From NCBI RefSeq assembly GCF_054482595.1, contig NZ_CM137008.1: 64,000 nt of DNA; one strand, 5' to 3'. Positions within the stretch are counted from its first letter, which is position 1; the number at the start of each line of letters is the position of its first letter. Position numbers and translations under genes: made by a program. Positions 28,612-40,903 of the stretch are shown piece after piece. Below the pieces are notes generated by a model. It was not told where the DNA came from. It searched no databases and saw only the letters and a program-made list of their open reading frames with translations.

Positions 28612-30045
28612 TTACAGCATGTTCCAGCCGATCAGCATATTCCACCACCACACTCCGAGGGTGATATGCACCAGGAAGGTTAATATCGTCAGTACCGCAC
28701 CGACCAACCACCAGGATTTAATATCGTTGTAACCCACGCCAAAGATGACCGGACCTGCCGCGCCGCCATAGTGAGTAACCATGCCGCCATAGGAGTTGGA
28801 GAACAACAGTGCCAGCGCGGTTAACATTAACGGTGCGCCGGAGACGTTCGCCAGCATGGCAAATACCGGTAACATAGCAACGATATAGGCACTACCGGAA
28901 GCGAAGAAATAACGCACGATGATGCTGAGGAAAATAATAACGAAGAAAGCAACGTTACCGTGACCATCAAATGCCAGGTTATTTTTAAAGACTTCAGCTA
29001 ACCATTCGAAAAATTTAACTTTCGATAATAAGGAGCTTAAGCCGATAATACCGCCGTACCAGATTAAGGTATTCCAGCCGCCTTTATTTTTAACCACGTC
29101 TTCCCAGGTAACGATACCCAGCAGCAGCATAGTCGCCATAACAACGATTGCCACGGTGGATTCATCAACCCCCAGAGACTTACTGAAAATCCAGCCCAGC
29201 AGCGCCAGCACAAAGACACCGAGCAGCATTTTTTCGCGGATTTTCATCGGTCCCAGTTCGGCAAGGCCCGCTTTAGCGATGGTTTTGTTATCCACCTTCT
29301 TAATTTCTGGTGGATACATGGTGTAAATCACCAGCGGGGTGACCAGCAGCATAATGATGCCCGGCAATCCGGCGGCCAGCGCCCATCCACCCCAGCTAAT
29401 TTGCAGGTGCAGAATGTCGTTGATCATTTTCAGCGCCAGAATGTTCCCCGCCATTGCGGTAAAGAACATATAGCTGGTGGTTTTGGTGACCATGTAAATG
29501 GACATCATCAGGTAATGTCCGACACGACGCGGACTTTTTTCCGGTTCGGACCCCAAAGCCACCGCCACGCTGTTGATGATCGGTAACACAATGCCGCCCG
29601 CACGCGCGGTGTTAGACGGTGTTGCCGGAGCCAGTACCAGATCGAGGAAAACCGTAACGTAACCCAGACCCAGCGTGGTGTTACCGATTTTACCAATCAG
29701 CAGATAGGCAATACGTTTACCTAAACCGGTGGTCACAAATGCGGCGCTTAAGGTAAACGCCGAGAACACCAGCCAGGTAGTACCTGAAGAGTAACCGCTT
29801 AATACGGCGGTGGTTTTAAACGCACCGTCGGATAAGTTACCGACCACCACCATGGAGGCAGCAACGGCAATTAACAGTACGACAGGTTCCGGGAAAGGCT
29901 TGATAACCAGCCCCACAATGGCCGCCAGGTAAATACCAAAAAGCACCCACGCCAGTTCGCTTAATCCTGCCGGAGCTGGCATAAAGCCAATAATACATGG
30001 GATCGCTAATATCAGAATTAGCTTCCATAACGATTTCTTATTCAT
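28612..30045 (-). CDS. ybhI: DASS-family anion transporter YbhI
   Basis: 477 aa polytopic membrane protein, recognised as YbhI. Confidence 0.8.
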   Translation of the reverse strand: MNKKSLWKLILILAIPCIIGFMPAPAGLSELAWVLFGIYLAAIVGLVIKPFPEPVVLLIAVAASMVVVGNLSDGAFKTTAVLSGYSSGTTWLVFSAFTLSAAFVTTGLGKRIAYLLIGKIGNTTLGLGYVTVFLDLVLAPATPSNTARAGGIVLPIINSVAVALGSEPEKSPRRVGHYLMMSIYMVTKTTSYMFFTAMAGNILALKMINDILHLQISWGGWALAAGLPGIIMLLVTPLVIYTMYPPEIKKVDNKTIAKAGLAELGPMKIREKMLLGVFVLALLGWIFSKSLGVDESTVAIVVMATMLLLGIVTWEDVVKNKGGWNTLIWYGGIIGLSSLLSKVKFFEWLAEVFKNNLAFDGHGNVAFFVIIFLSIIVRYFFASGSAYIVAMLPVFAMLANVSGAPLMLTALALLFSNSYGGMVTHYGGAAGPVIFGVGYNDIKSWWLVGAVLTILTFLVHITLGVWWWNMLIGWNML

Positions 30046-30120
30046 TTAAAATCCTGTTCTTTCTGTATGACTCATACAGAAGTCCTTTATTGATTGTCCT
30101 TATCCTGACAACGAATCTTT

Positions 30121-31173
30121 TCAGGGAAGATAAACTTCACCGGAAAATATTTTTCTGGTCGTCCGAATAACAGATGCGCGTAACGTCGTGGCATCCTGAC
30201 CTTCATTACTTAAATGAACGTCGAGCGCACCACTGGGGTGTTCAATATTGATATTGCCATATCCTACAGAAGGGATGATTTGTCGGGTGACGGTGCCTTC
30301 CAATGCACAACTACTGGAAATAGCAATAGCACCGGTTATCGCCAACGCGCGATGGCAAGAATGCGGCATAAAATAACGCACATTAATTGCCCCGCCTTTC
30401 TGCGCTGGAGAAATAAGCACAGGTTTAGGGATAACCATATTACTGACATCACCTAAGCCCATTGCTTTACCCGCTTGTAGACGGATAGATTCAATGCGGG
30501 CTAATAATGCTTTGTCGGCATCCAGTTCCGCCGGTAATTCATAGCCTGTTTTTCCCAGATATTCAGCCGGAATAATGACGACTGGCATCGCCATATCGAT
30601 ACAGGTCACCGGGACATCGTCAAAATAATCAATCTGATTATCAGTCGGGAAAACTTTTCCGGTTTTGGTTCCAGCGGCATTCAGGAAAGTGAGCGCAACC
30701 GGTGCGGCAGTACCCGGTACGCCGTCAATTCTGGCACTACCCTCGTACTCGACAACACCATTTGGCGTTTGCACATCAGCTTCGATGAACGTACCCGTAT
30801 TGACGTTGCGGATACGTACGCGGGTAACTGGCGAAGTCGCTGCAATCAAACCATTTTCAATGGCGAATGCCCCAACGCCAGACAGCATATTGCCGCAGTT
30901 AGGCGTGGTATCGACACGTTGCTCATGGACGATAACTTGAGCAAACAGATAATCAACATCAGCACGCGGATCGCTGGAACGGCTTATAATGGCGACTTTA
31001 CTGGTCAGTGGATTACCGCCGCCAATACCGTCAATTTCCAGATCGTTACCGGAACCCATAATTGCCATCAATATTTTATCGCGCTGCGTTTGATCTTCGG
31101 GTAAATGTTCCGCTAACAGGAACGCGCCCCTCGAGGTTCCACCTCGCATCATCACGCAGGGTATTTTTTTCAT
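30121..31173 (-). CDS. ybhH: PrpF-family isomerase YbhH
   Basis: 350 aa, PrpF/AcnD-accessory-like fold family. Confidence 0.8.
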   Translation of the reverse strand: MKKIPCVMMRGGTSRGAFLLAEHLPEDQTQRDKILMAIMGSGNDLEIDGIGGGNPLTSKVAIISRSSDPRADVDYLFAQVIVHEQRVDTTPNCGNMLSGVGAFAIENGLIAATSPVTRVRIRNVNTGTFIEADVQTPNGVVEYEGSARIDGVPGTAAPVALTFLNAAGTKTGKVFPTDNQIDYFDDVPVTCIDMAMPVVIIPAEYLGKTGYELPAELDADKALLARIESIRLQAGKAMGLGDVSNMVIPKPVLISPAQKGGAINVRYFMPHSCHRALAITGAIAISSSCALEGTVTRQIIPSVGYGNINIEHPSGALDVHLSNEGQDATTLRASVIRTTRKIFSGEVYLP

Positions 31174-31356
31174 AATAATGCCCTCAATTTAAAAACATAA
31201 CTTATTGCGATATGGTTACATTAAGGGCAAAGCATCTCTAATGACTTTAGCTCAACGATTAATAACATTTTTTCATTAATTTAAGTTGGCTAAATGCAGT
31301 TAAAATTTTTAACGGCCAGCCACCCAAAATCAACGCTTCCATTTTCCGGAGTAATA

Positions 31357-32310
31357 ATGAAGCATGAATTATCAAGTATGAAGGCATTTGTCATACTGGC
31401 AGAGTCCAGTTCATTTAACAATGCCGCTAAATTACTCAACATTACGCAACCTGCATTAACGCGAAGAATAAAAAAGATGGAGGAAGATTTACATATTCAA
31501 CTATTTGAGCGTACAACTCGCAAGGTTACGTTAACAAAAGCAGGAAAAAGGTTGCTCCCGGAGGCGCGGGAATTAATAAAGAAATTCGATGAAACGCTTT
31601 TTAATATTCGTGATATGAATGCTTATCATCGTGGTATGGTGACGTTAGCGTGTATTCCGACCGCAGTATTTTATTTTTTACCGCTGGCAATCGGTAAATT
31701 TAATGAGCTGTATCCCAATATTAAAGTGCGGATTCTGGAACAAGGCACGAATAATTGCATGGAATCGGTGCTATGTAACGAATCAGACTTTGGCATAAAC
31801 ATGAACAACGTCACAAATTCATCCATTGATTTTAGCCCACTGGTCAACGAGCCGTTCGTGCTGGCCTGTCGGCGTGACCATCCATTGGCCAAAAAGCAGC
31901 TTGTAGAATGGCAGGAGTTAGTGGGTTACAAAATGATTGGCGTACGCTCCTCCAGCGGCAACCGACTGTTGATAGAACAACAGCTAGCCGACAAGCCCTG
32001 GAAGCTGGACTGGTTTTACGAAGTGCGTCATCTTTCGACGTCATTAGGACTGGTGGAGGCAGGACTGGGGATTTCAGCGCTTCCTGGTCTGGCAATGCCC
32101 CATGCGCCCTATTCTTCGATTATTGGTATCCCACTGGTGGAACCCGTTATACGTCGGACATTGGGGATTATTCGCCGCAAAGATGCCGTGCTTTCTCCGG
32201 CAGCTGAACGCTTTTTTGCCTTGCTGATTAATTTGTGGACTGACGATAAAGACAATTTGTGGACCAATATCGTCGAACGCCAGAGACATGCGTTACAGGA
32301 GATAGGTTAA
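31357..32310 (+). CDS. ybhD: LysR-type transcriptional regulator YbhD
   Basis: N-terminal HTH (AFVILAESSSFNNAAKLLNITQPALTRRIKKME); start set at Met MKHEL; divergent from ybhH. Confidence 0.8.
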   Translation: MKHELSSMKAFVILAESSSFNNAAKLLNITQPALTRRIKKMEEDLHIQLFERTTRKVTLTKAGKRLLPEARELIKKFDETLFNIRDMNAYHRGMVTLACIPTAVFYFLPLAIGKFNELYPNIKVRILEQGTNNCMESVLCNESDFGINMNNVTNSSIDFSPLVNEPFVLACRRDHPLAKKQLVEWQELVGYKMIGVRSSSGNRLLIEQQLADKPWKLDWFYEVRHLSTSLGLVEAGLGISALPGLAMPHAPYSSIIGIPLVEPVIRRTLGIIRRKDAVLSPAAERFFALLINLWTDDKDNLWTNIVERQRHALQEIG

Positions 32311-32350
32311 TACACCGGCGCAGGAGAGACTGCGCCGGGTAAATCAGCGG

Positions 32351-33382
<1,032 letters not shown>

Positions 33383-33500
33383 CTAAAATTAGTCGCTTTT
33401 GGCGGTGAATGCTGAATTAAAACGCAGAATTTTGTCCGATAGTGGTATCGGTGTACCATTCGCGCAGAAGTAAATTCTTAACCTTAATCTGGAATACGCC

Positions 33501-34319
33501 ATGACCACACGCGTGATTGCTCTCGACTTAGACGGCACCTTATTGACCCCGAAAAAGACCTTGCTTCCATCATCGATAGAAGCCCTGGCCCGCGCTCGCG
33601 AAGCAGGCTATCAATTAATCATCGTCACAGGTCGCCATCACGTCGCTATTCATCCTTTTTATCAGGCGCTGGCGCTGGATACACCTGCTATTTGCTGTAA
33701 TGGCACCTATTTGTATGATTATCATGCAAAAACCGTGCTGGAAGCGGACCCAATGCCCGTTAATAAAGCCCTGCAACTCATTGAGATGCTGAATGAACAC
33801 CACATTCACGGTCTGATGTATGTCGATGATGCAATGGTCTATGAGCACCCGACCGGGCATGTCATTCGCACGTCTAACTGGGCGCAAACCCTGCCGCCGG
33901 AACAGCGTCCGACTTTCACACAAGTCGCTTCTCTGGCTGAAACGGCGCAACAAGTTAACGCCGTATGGAAGTTCGCCCTGACGCACGATGACCTGCCGCA
34001 ATTGCAGCATTTTGGTAAGCATGTCGAACATGAACTGGGACTGGAGTGTGAATGGTCCTGGCACGATCAGGTTGATATTGCACGCGGCGGCAACAGCAAA
34101 GGTAAACGTTTGACGAAATGGGTTGAGGCGCAAGGCTGGTCGATGGAAAACGTCGTGGCGTTCGGCGATAACTTTAATGATATCAGTATGCTGGAGGCCG
34201 CTGGTACAGGCGTGGCGATGGGCAACGCCGATGACGCGGTAAAAGCGCGCGCCAACATTGTGATTGGTGATAACACCACCGACAGCATTGCCCAGTTCAT
34301 TTATAGCCACCTGATTTAA
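33501..34319 (+). CDS. ybhA: HAD-family phosphatase YbhA (pyridoxal phosphate phosphatase)
   Basis: 272 aa; HAD motif I (LDLDGTLL). Confidence 0.85.
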   Translation: MTTRVIALDLDGTLLTPKKTLLPSSIEALARAREAGYQLIIVTGRHHVAIHPFYQALALDTPAICCNGTYLYDYHAKTVLEADPMPVNKALQLIEMLNEHHIHGLMYVDDAMVYEHPTGHVIRTSNWAQTLPPEQRPTFTQVASLAETAQQVNAVWKFALTHDDLPQLQHFGKHVEHELGLECEWSWHDQVDIARGGNSKGKRLTKWVEAQGWSMENVVAFGDNFNDISMLEAAGTGVAMGNADDAVKARANIVIGDNTTDSIAQFIYSHLI

Positions 34320-35378
34320 TCAGGCGGTTATCGACACACTTTTAATTTGCGCGTACAGCCACAGGCCAGGTTTGATCGCCAGTTCATCCCTGGCCCACGG
34401 GCTGATACGCGCCCACAGCGTTTTACCGCCGACTTCCAGTTCCACTTCCACCTGGCCGTTGTCGTCATAACTATTAACAACTTTTGCCCGCAATACGTTA
34501 CGAATGCTGGTTTGCTGCGGCGGTTGTAAAACCAGAGAAACATCGGAAGCCTGAATGCGGATACGTAGCGCAGCTTGCAGCGGTTCGTCCAGCTTATTGA
34601 CCCACAAATGCTGATCGCCCAGCGCCAGCGCAGTCATCGCGTAATGCGGATGATGCTCAAGTACCGTCACTTTCAGAATGCTACTTTGTTGCTCTTTCGG
34701 CAGCCACGGATTCATCACGCTACTACCCCAGACTTCTTCCAGCGCGCCAAAGGCTTTCACCTGACCGTTTTCCAGTACCATCACTCTGTCTGCCAGATGG
34801 AGGATCTCATCCAGCGAATGGCTGACATACAACATCGGGATGTTGATTTCCCGCGTCAGACGTTGCAGATAAGGCAACAGTTCGCGTTTACGCGGAATAT
34901 CCAGTGACGCCAGCGGTTCATCCAGCAACAGCAATTCTGGTGCCGTCAGCAAAGCCCGCCCAATCGCTACGCGCTGTTTTTCGCCTCCGGACAGGCTGCC
35001 TGGTAAACGGTCAAGCAACGGTTCAATGCCTAAAAGCGCCACCAGCTTATCGAACTGATCGACCATGCTTTTCGCCATGCCGTAGCGCAGATTGCCACGC
35101 ACTTTGTAATGCGGAAACAGCCGCGCATCCTGAAAAACATAGCCAACGCGACGCTTTTCCGGCGTCAGGCAGATACCTTTTTCGGCATCATTTAGTACCC
35201 GCCCATTGAGGACAATCCGCCCTTTTTGCGGGCGCGTCAGTCCACTGATGGCGTTAATCAGCGAAGTTTTTCCGGCACCGGAGACGCCAAAGATAGCAGT
35301 GATGCCATTGGCGGGCAGCGTTTCATTAATGGTCAGGCAATGGTTGCCCAACGTCTGGGAAAAATTCAGTTCCAGCAT
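34320..35378 (-). CDS. modC: Molybdate ABC transporter ATP-binding protein
   Basis: 352 aa; Walker [13 protein letters not shown] signature LSGGEKQR. Confidence 0.9.
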   Translation of the reverse strand: MLELNFSQTLGNHCLTINETLPANGITAIFGVSGAGKTSLINAISGLTRPQKGRIVLNGRVLNDAEKGICLTPEKRRVGYVFQDARLFPHYKVRGNLRYGMAKSMVDQFDKLVALLGIEPLLDRLPGSLSGGEKQRVAIGRALLTAPELLLLDEPLASLDIPRKRELLPYLQRLTREINIPMLYVSHSLDEILHLADRVMVLENGQVKAFGALEEVWGSSVMNPWLPKEQQSSILKVTVLEHHPHYAMTALALGDQHLWVNKLDEPLQAALRIRIQASDVSLVLQPPQQTSIRNVLRAKVVNSYDDNGQVEVELEVGGKTLWARISPWARDELAIKPGLWLYAQIKSVSITA

Positions 35379-35380
35379 GA

Positions 35381-36070
35381 TTAGCGCCCCGCCCGTTCAC
35401 GGCTGATTCTGGCCAGCCATTCTGAAATCAACAGGGAGATCATCGCCAGCGCAATAGAAATAATGCACAGTCTCGCTGCGCCACTTTCCCCGCCGGGGGT
35501 CTGAATCAGGGTATACATGGCAGAAGGAATGGTTCGCGTTTCACCAGGAATGTTCGACACAAAGGTGATGGTTGCGCCAAATTCACCGAGAGAACGAGCA
35601 AAAGCCAGTACCGTACCAACAATAATTCCCGGTAAGGTCAGCGGTAACGTGATAGTAAAGAAAACGCGCCAGCGCCCGGCACCCAGTGTTCTTGCGGCCT
35701 GTTCCAGTTTGACATCAACTCCTTCCAGCGCCAGACGAATTGCCCGCACCATCAGCGGAAACGACATGACGGCGGCAGCGAGAACCGCGCCGCGCCAGCT
35801 AAAGGCGAAGGTAATGCCAAACCAGTCATACAGACGTTCACCGATAAATCCGCGCCGTCCCATCGAAACTAATAATAAGTAACCGACGACCACGGGCGGT
35901 AACACCAGCGGTAGATGCAGTACGCTGTCGAGCAGAGCTTTGCCCGGAAACGTGCAACGCACCAGTAACCAGGCAAAAAAGATCCCAAACGGCAGGCTAA
36001 ACAGCACAGCCAGGGAAGAAACTTTCAGGCTTAATAAAACTGCCTGCCATTCTGGATCGGTCAGTATCAT
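35381..36070 (-). CDS. modB: Molybdate ABC transporter permease
   Basis: 229 aa membrane protein adjacent to modA/modC. Confidence 0.9.
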   Translation of the reverse strand: MILTDPEWQAVLLSLKVSSLAVLFSLPFGIFFAWLLVRCTFPGKALLDSVLHLPLVLPPVVVGYLLLVSMGRRGFIGERLYDWFGITFAFSWRGAVLAAAVMSFPLMVRAIRLALEGVDVKLEQAARTLGAGRWRVFFTITLPLTLPGIIVGTVLAFARSLGEFGATITFVSNIPGETRTIPSAMYTLIQTPGGESGAARLCIISIALAMISLLISEWLARISRERAGR

Positions 36071-36843
36071 TACTTGGTTGTAAATCCGTAACGTTTAAAG
36101 ATTTCCGCAGCCTGCGGCCCTTTCAGATAATCATAAAATGCTTTCACTGTCGCATTGTTATGCCCTTCCACAACAGCAACCGGATATTCCACTTTTTTAT
36201 GTGAATCTTCCGGGAAGGTGGCAACCACTTTTACCCCTTTGCTGGCAACTGCATCAGAACCGTAGACAATGCCCAGAGGCGCTTCGTTACGTTCGACCAG
36301 CGCCAGCGCCCCACGAACATCTTCCGCTGGGGCCAGTTTCGGAGAGAGCGTATCCCATGCGCCCAGTTTTTGCAGTGCTTCTTTTGCATAAATGCCAGCG
36401 GGAACATGTTCCGGATCGCCAACCGCCAGGCGACCGCCATTCAGCAGCGAAGTCCAGTTGGTTTTGCTGTCGATGATGAAATCTTTCTGCTCGCTGGCTT
36501 TCGGTGCTACAACGACCAGGCTATTGCCGAGCAGTGTCTGACGCGTAGCTGTATCGATCGCTTTTTTATCAACCGCATAATCCATCCATTTCTGATCGGC
36601 AGAAATAAACAGATCCGCAGGCGCACCCGCTTCAATCTGACGGGCGAGAGTAGATGACGAAGCGAAAGAAGAAACCACATCCACGCCTTTCTCTTTTTTA
36701 TACTGCGTAGCAATGTCCTGCATTGCGTTAGTCAGTGATGCGGCGGCGAACACCGTGATTTTCCCTTCATCTGCCAGTGCATTGCCAGCAACAGCGAAAG
36801 AGAGTGCCGCCCCAGCAAACAAGTTCAACCATTTACGAGCCAT
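36070..36843 (-). CDS. modA: Molybdate-binding periplasmic protein
   Basis: 257 aa with signal peptide, recognised as ModA. Confidence 0.9.
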   Translation of the reverse strand: MARKWLNLFAGAALSFAVAGNALADEGKITVFAAASLTNAMQDIATQYKKEKGVDVVSSFASSSTLARQIEAGAPADLFISADQKWMDYAVDKKAIDTATRQTLLGNSLVVVAPKASEQKDFIIDSKTNWTSLLNGGRLAVGDPEHVPAGIYAKEALQKLGAWDTLSPKLAPAEDVRGALALVERNEAPLGIVYGSDAVASKGVKVVATFPEDSHKKVEYPVAVVEGHNNATVKAFYDYLKGPQAAEIFKRYGFTTK

Positions 36844-37009
36844 TGGTAACCCCTTAATGTAACGTTATGTAGGCGACAATATAACGACTAACTCGGAATT
36901 TTCCCAGCAGTTATTGCTAACCTTTGTGAGGTAGATAAGAAAAAATATCGGCAGGAAAAGCAGGAAGTTGAGAAAAAGAAAATGCCCGACTAAGCGGGCA
37001 TTCAGGGAA

Positions 37010-37177
<168 letters not shown>

Positions 37178-37287
37178 TCATGAGACTATTCTAACCGCTA
37201 AGCACAGAAAAGCACTCCCCTTTTGTGCGGTCAGCTTTGCGTGGCGTTCGTTTTCCGTCACAATAAGACTTTTGCCAGGACATTGTT

Positions 37288-38076
37288 ATGCAGGCCGAAA
37301 TCCTTCTCACCCTTAAGCTCCAACAAAAATTATTCGCCGACCCGCGCCGCATTTCGCTACTAAAACACATTGCGCTTTCCGGTTCCATTAGCCAGGGAGC
37401 GAAAGATGCCGGTATCAGCTATAAAAGCGCCTGGGATGCCATTAACGAGATGAATCAGTTAAGTGAGCATATTCTGGTCGAGCGTGCAACAGGCGGTAAA
37501 GGTGGCGGCGGCGCAGTACTGACCCGCTATGGTCAGCGACTGATTCAGCTCTATGACTTACTGGCGCAAATCCAGCAAAAAGCCTTTGATGTGTTAAGTG
37601 ACGATGACGCCCTGCCGCTGAACAGCCTGCTGGCCGCGATCTCACGTTTTTCACTGCAAACCAGCGCCCGTAACCAGTGGTTCGGTACCATCACCGCCCG
37701 CGATCATGATGACGTTCAACAGCATGTTGATGTCTTACTGGCTGATGGAAAAACACGCCTGAAAGTCGCAATTACCGCACAAAGCGGCGCGCGTCTGGGG
37801 CTGGATGAAGGCAAAGAAGTGTTGATATTGCTAAAAGCGCCGTGGGTAGGCATTACTCAGGACGAAGCGGTCGCGCAAAACGCTGACAACCAATTACCGG
37901 GTATTATTAGTCATATTGAGCGCGGCGCAGAGCAGTGCGAAGTATTAATGGCGCTACCGGACGGGCAAACACTGTGCGCCACAGTGCCGGTAAATGAAGC
38001 GACTTCTCTTCAGCAAGGACAGAATGTCACGGCCTACTTTAATGCCGACAGCGTGATTATCGCCACGCTGTGCTAA
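37288..38076 (+). CDS. modE: Molybdate-responsive transcriptional regulator
   Basis: 262 aa recognised as ModE. Confidence 0.9.
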   Translation: MQAEILLTLKLQQKLFADPRRISLLKHIALSGSISQGAKDAGISYKSAWDAINEMNQLSEHILVERATGGKGGGGAVLTRYGQRLIQLYDLLAQIQQKAFDVLSDDDALPLNSLLAAISRFSLQTSARNQWFGTITARDHDDVQQHVDVLLADGKTRLKVAITAQSGARLGLDEGKEVLILLKAPWVGITQDEAVAQNADNQLPGIISHIERGAEQCEVLMALPDGQTLCATVPVNEATSLQQGQNVTAYFNADSVIIATLC

Positions 38077-38143
38077 GCGTGTTGACAATTTGTTATGAAA
38101 CACGTATCCCTGTCAGTAATCGCTGCACAAAATGGGATATAAA

Positions 38144-39616
38144 ATGTCATCGTTGCAAATTTTGCAAGGCACGTTTCGTCTTGGCGACACAAAAACGCTG
38201 CAATTGCCTCAGCTAACGTTAAACGCGGGTGATAGTTGGGCGTTTGTCGGTTCGAATGGAAGCGGGAAATCGGCGCTGGCCCGCGCGCTGGCGGGGGAAC
38301 TTCCGCTTTTGAAAGGTGAACGGCAAAGCCAGTTTTCCCACATCACTCGTCTCTCCTTCGAGCAATTGCAAAAGCTCGTCAGCGACGAATGGCAGCGGAA
38401 TAACACCGATATGCTCGGCCCTGGCGAAGATGACACCGGACGCACTACGGCTGAGATTATTCAGGATGAAGTAAAGGATGCACCGCGCTGCATGCAACTG
38501 GCACAGCAGTTCGGTATTACCGCCCTCCTCGACCGACGCTTTAAATACCTTTCCACTGGCGAGACGCGAAAAACCCTGCTGTGTCAGGCGCTGATGTCGG
38601 AGCCTGACTTGTTGATTCTTGATGAGCCGTTCGATGGCCTGGATGTTGCCTCACGTCAGCAGTTGGCTGAGCGACTCGCCTCGTTACATCAGTCCGGTAT
38701 TACTCTGGTACTGGTGCTCAATCGCTTCGATGAGATCCCGGAATTTGTCCAGTTTGCTGGCGTGCTGGCGGATTGCACGTTAGCGGAAACTGGCGCTAAA
38801 GAGGAACTGCTCCAACAAGCACTCGTCGCGCAACTGGCGCATAGCGAACAGCTTGAAGGTGTGCAACTGCCGGAGCCGGATGAACCTTCAGCACGTCACG
38901 CCTTACCCACCAACGAACCGCGCATTGTGCTGAATAATGGCGTGGTTTTTTATAACGATCGCCCCATTCTTAATAACCTTAGCTGGCAGGTGAATCCTGG
39001 CGAGCACTGGCAAATTGTCGGGCCAAATGGCGCGGGAAAATCGACGTTATTGAGCCTTATCACTGGCGATCATCCGCAGGGATACAGCAACGATTTAACG
39101 CTTTTCGGACGGCGTCGGGGCAGCGGTGAAACCATCTGGGACATCAAAAAACATATTGGTTACGTCAGCAGTAGTTTGCATCTGGATTACCGTGTCAGTA
39201 CTACCGTGCGTAACGTTATTCTTTCGGGGTATTTTGATTCGATTGGCATTTATCAGGCCGTTTCGGATCGCCAGCAAAAACTGGTGCAGCAGTGGCTGGA
39301 TATTCTCGGCATTGATAAACGCACCGCTGACGCTCCTTTCCATAGTCTTTCCTGGGGACAGCAGCGTCTGGCGCTGATCGTCCGCGCGCTGGTGAAACAT
39401 CCGACGTTGCTTATTCTCGATGAACCACTACAGGGGCTTGATCCGCTCAATCGCCAGCTTATCCGCCGTTTTGTTGATGTGCTGATTAGCGAAGGTGAAA
39501 CGCAATTGTTGTTTGTTTCGCACCACGCTGAAGATGCACCTGCCTGTATTACCCATCGTCTTGAGTTCGTGCCGGACGGTGGACTCTATCGCTATGTGCT
39601 GACAAAAATATATTGA
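38144..39616 (+). CDS. modF: ABC-family ATPase ModF (two ATP-binding domains)
   Basis: Two Walker A motifs (GSNGSGKS, GPNGAGKS); start set at Met MSSLQI. Confidence 0.85.
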   Translation: MSSLQILQGTFRLGDTKTLQLPQLTLNAGDSWAFVGSNGSGKSALARALAGELPLLKGERQSQFSHITRLSFEQLQKLVSDEWQRNNTDMLGPGEDDTGRTTAEIIQDEVKDAPRCMQLAQQFGITALLDRRFKYLSTGETRKTLLCQALMSEPDLLILDEPFDGLDVASRQQLAERLASLHQSGITLVLVLNRFDEIPEFVQFAGVLADCTLAETGAKEELLQQALVAQLAHSEQLEGVQLPEPDEPSARHALPTNEPRIVLNNGVVFYNDRPILNNLSWQVNPGEHWQIVGPNGAGKSTLLSLITGDHPQGYSNDLTLFGRRRGSGETIWDIKKHIGYVSSSLHLDYRVSTTVRNVILSGYFDSIGIYQAVSDRQQKLVQQWLDILGIDKRTADAPFHSLSWGQQRLALIVRALVKHPTLLILDEPLQGLDPLNRQLIRRFVDVLISEGETQLLFVSHHAEDAPACITHRLEFVPDGGLYRYVLTKIY

Positions 39617-39877
39617 GTCGGTAGTGCTGACCTTGCCGGAGGCGGCCTAAGCGCCCTCTCCGGCCAACGGTTCGACGCATGCAGGCATGAAACCGCGTCT
39701 TTTTTTCAGATAAAAAGCGCAATCATTCATAAACCCTCTGTTTTATAATCACTTAATCGCACATAAAAAATGGCTAAACTCTTGTGTAAACGATTCCACT
39801 AATTTATTCCATGTCACACTTTTCGCATCTTTGTTATGCTATGGTTATTTCATACCATAAGCCTAATGGAGCGAATT

Positions 39878-40894
39878 ATGAGAGTTCTGGTTACCGGTGG
39901 TAGCGGTTACATTGGAAGTCATACCTGCGTGCAACTACTGCAAAACGGTCATGATGTCATCATTCTTGATAACCTCTGTAACAGTAAGCGCAGCGTACTG
40001 CCTGTTATCGAGCGTTTAGGCGGCAAACATCCAACGTTTGTTGAAGGCGATATCCGTAACGAAGCGTTGATGACCGAGATCCTGCACGATCACGCTATCG
40101 ACACCGTGATCCACTTCGCCGGGCTGAAAGCCGTTGGCGAATCGGTACAAAAACCGCTGGAATATTACGACAACAATGTCAACGGTACTCTGCGCCTGAT
40201 TAGCGCCATGCGCGCCGCTAACGTCAAAAACTTTATTTTTAGCTCCTCCGCCACCGTTTATGGCGATCAGCCCAAAATTCCATACGTTGAAAGCTTCCCG
40301 ACCGGCACACCGCAAAGCCCTTACGGCAAAAGCAAGCTGATGGTGGAACAGATCCTCACCGATCTGCAAAAAGCCCAGCCGGACTGGAGCATTGCCCTGC
40401 TGCGCTATTTCAACCCGGTTGGCGCGCATCCGTCGGGCGATATGGGCGAAGATCCGCAAGGCATTCCGAATAACCTGATGCCATACATCGCCCAGGTTGC
40501 TGTAGGCCGTCGCGACTCGCTGGCGATTTTTGGTAACGATTATCCGACCGAAGACGGTACTGGCGTACGCGATTACATCCACGTAATGGATCTGGCGGAC
40601 GGTCACGTCGTGGCGATGGAAAAACTGGCGAACAAGCCAGGCGTACACATCTACAACCTCGGTGCTGGCGTAGGCAGCAGCGTGCTGGACGTGGTTAATG
40701 CCTTCAGCAAAGCCTGCGGCAAACCGGTTAACTATCATTTTGCACCGCGTCGCGAGGGCGACCTTCCGGCCTACTGGGCGGACGCCAGCAAAGCCGACCG
40801 TGAACTGAACTGGCGCGTAACGCGCACACTCGATGAAATGGCGCAGGACACCTGGCACTGGCAGTCACGCCATCCACAGGGATATCCCGATTAA
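39878..40894 (+). CDS. galE: UDP-glucose 4-epimerase
   Basis: 338 aa from MRVLVTGGSGYIGSH; recognised as GalE. Confidence 0.95.
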   Translation: MRVLVTGGSGYIGSHTCVQLLQNGHDVIILDNLCNSKRSVLPVIERLGGKHPTFVEGDIRNEALMTEILHDHAIDTVIHFAGLKAVGESVQKPLEYYDNNVNGTLRLISAMRAANVKNFIFSSSATVYGDQPKIPYVESFPTGTPQSPYGKSKLMVEQILTDLQKAQPDWSIALLRYFNPVGAHPSGDMGEDPQGIPNNLMPYIAQVAVGRRDSLAIFGNDYPTEDGTGVRDYIHVMDLADGHVVAMEKLANKPGVHIYNLGAGVGSSVLDVVNAFSKACGKPVNYHFAPRREGDLPAYWADASKADRELNWRVTRTLDEMAQDTWHWQSRHPQGYPD

Positions 40895-40903
40895 GGAACG
40901 ACC

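Noticed and set aside
33615-34310. 231-aa minus-strand ORF antisense to ybhA
   Set aside because: Overlaps the HAD phosphatase gene almost completely; sense gene is clearly the real one.
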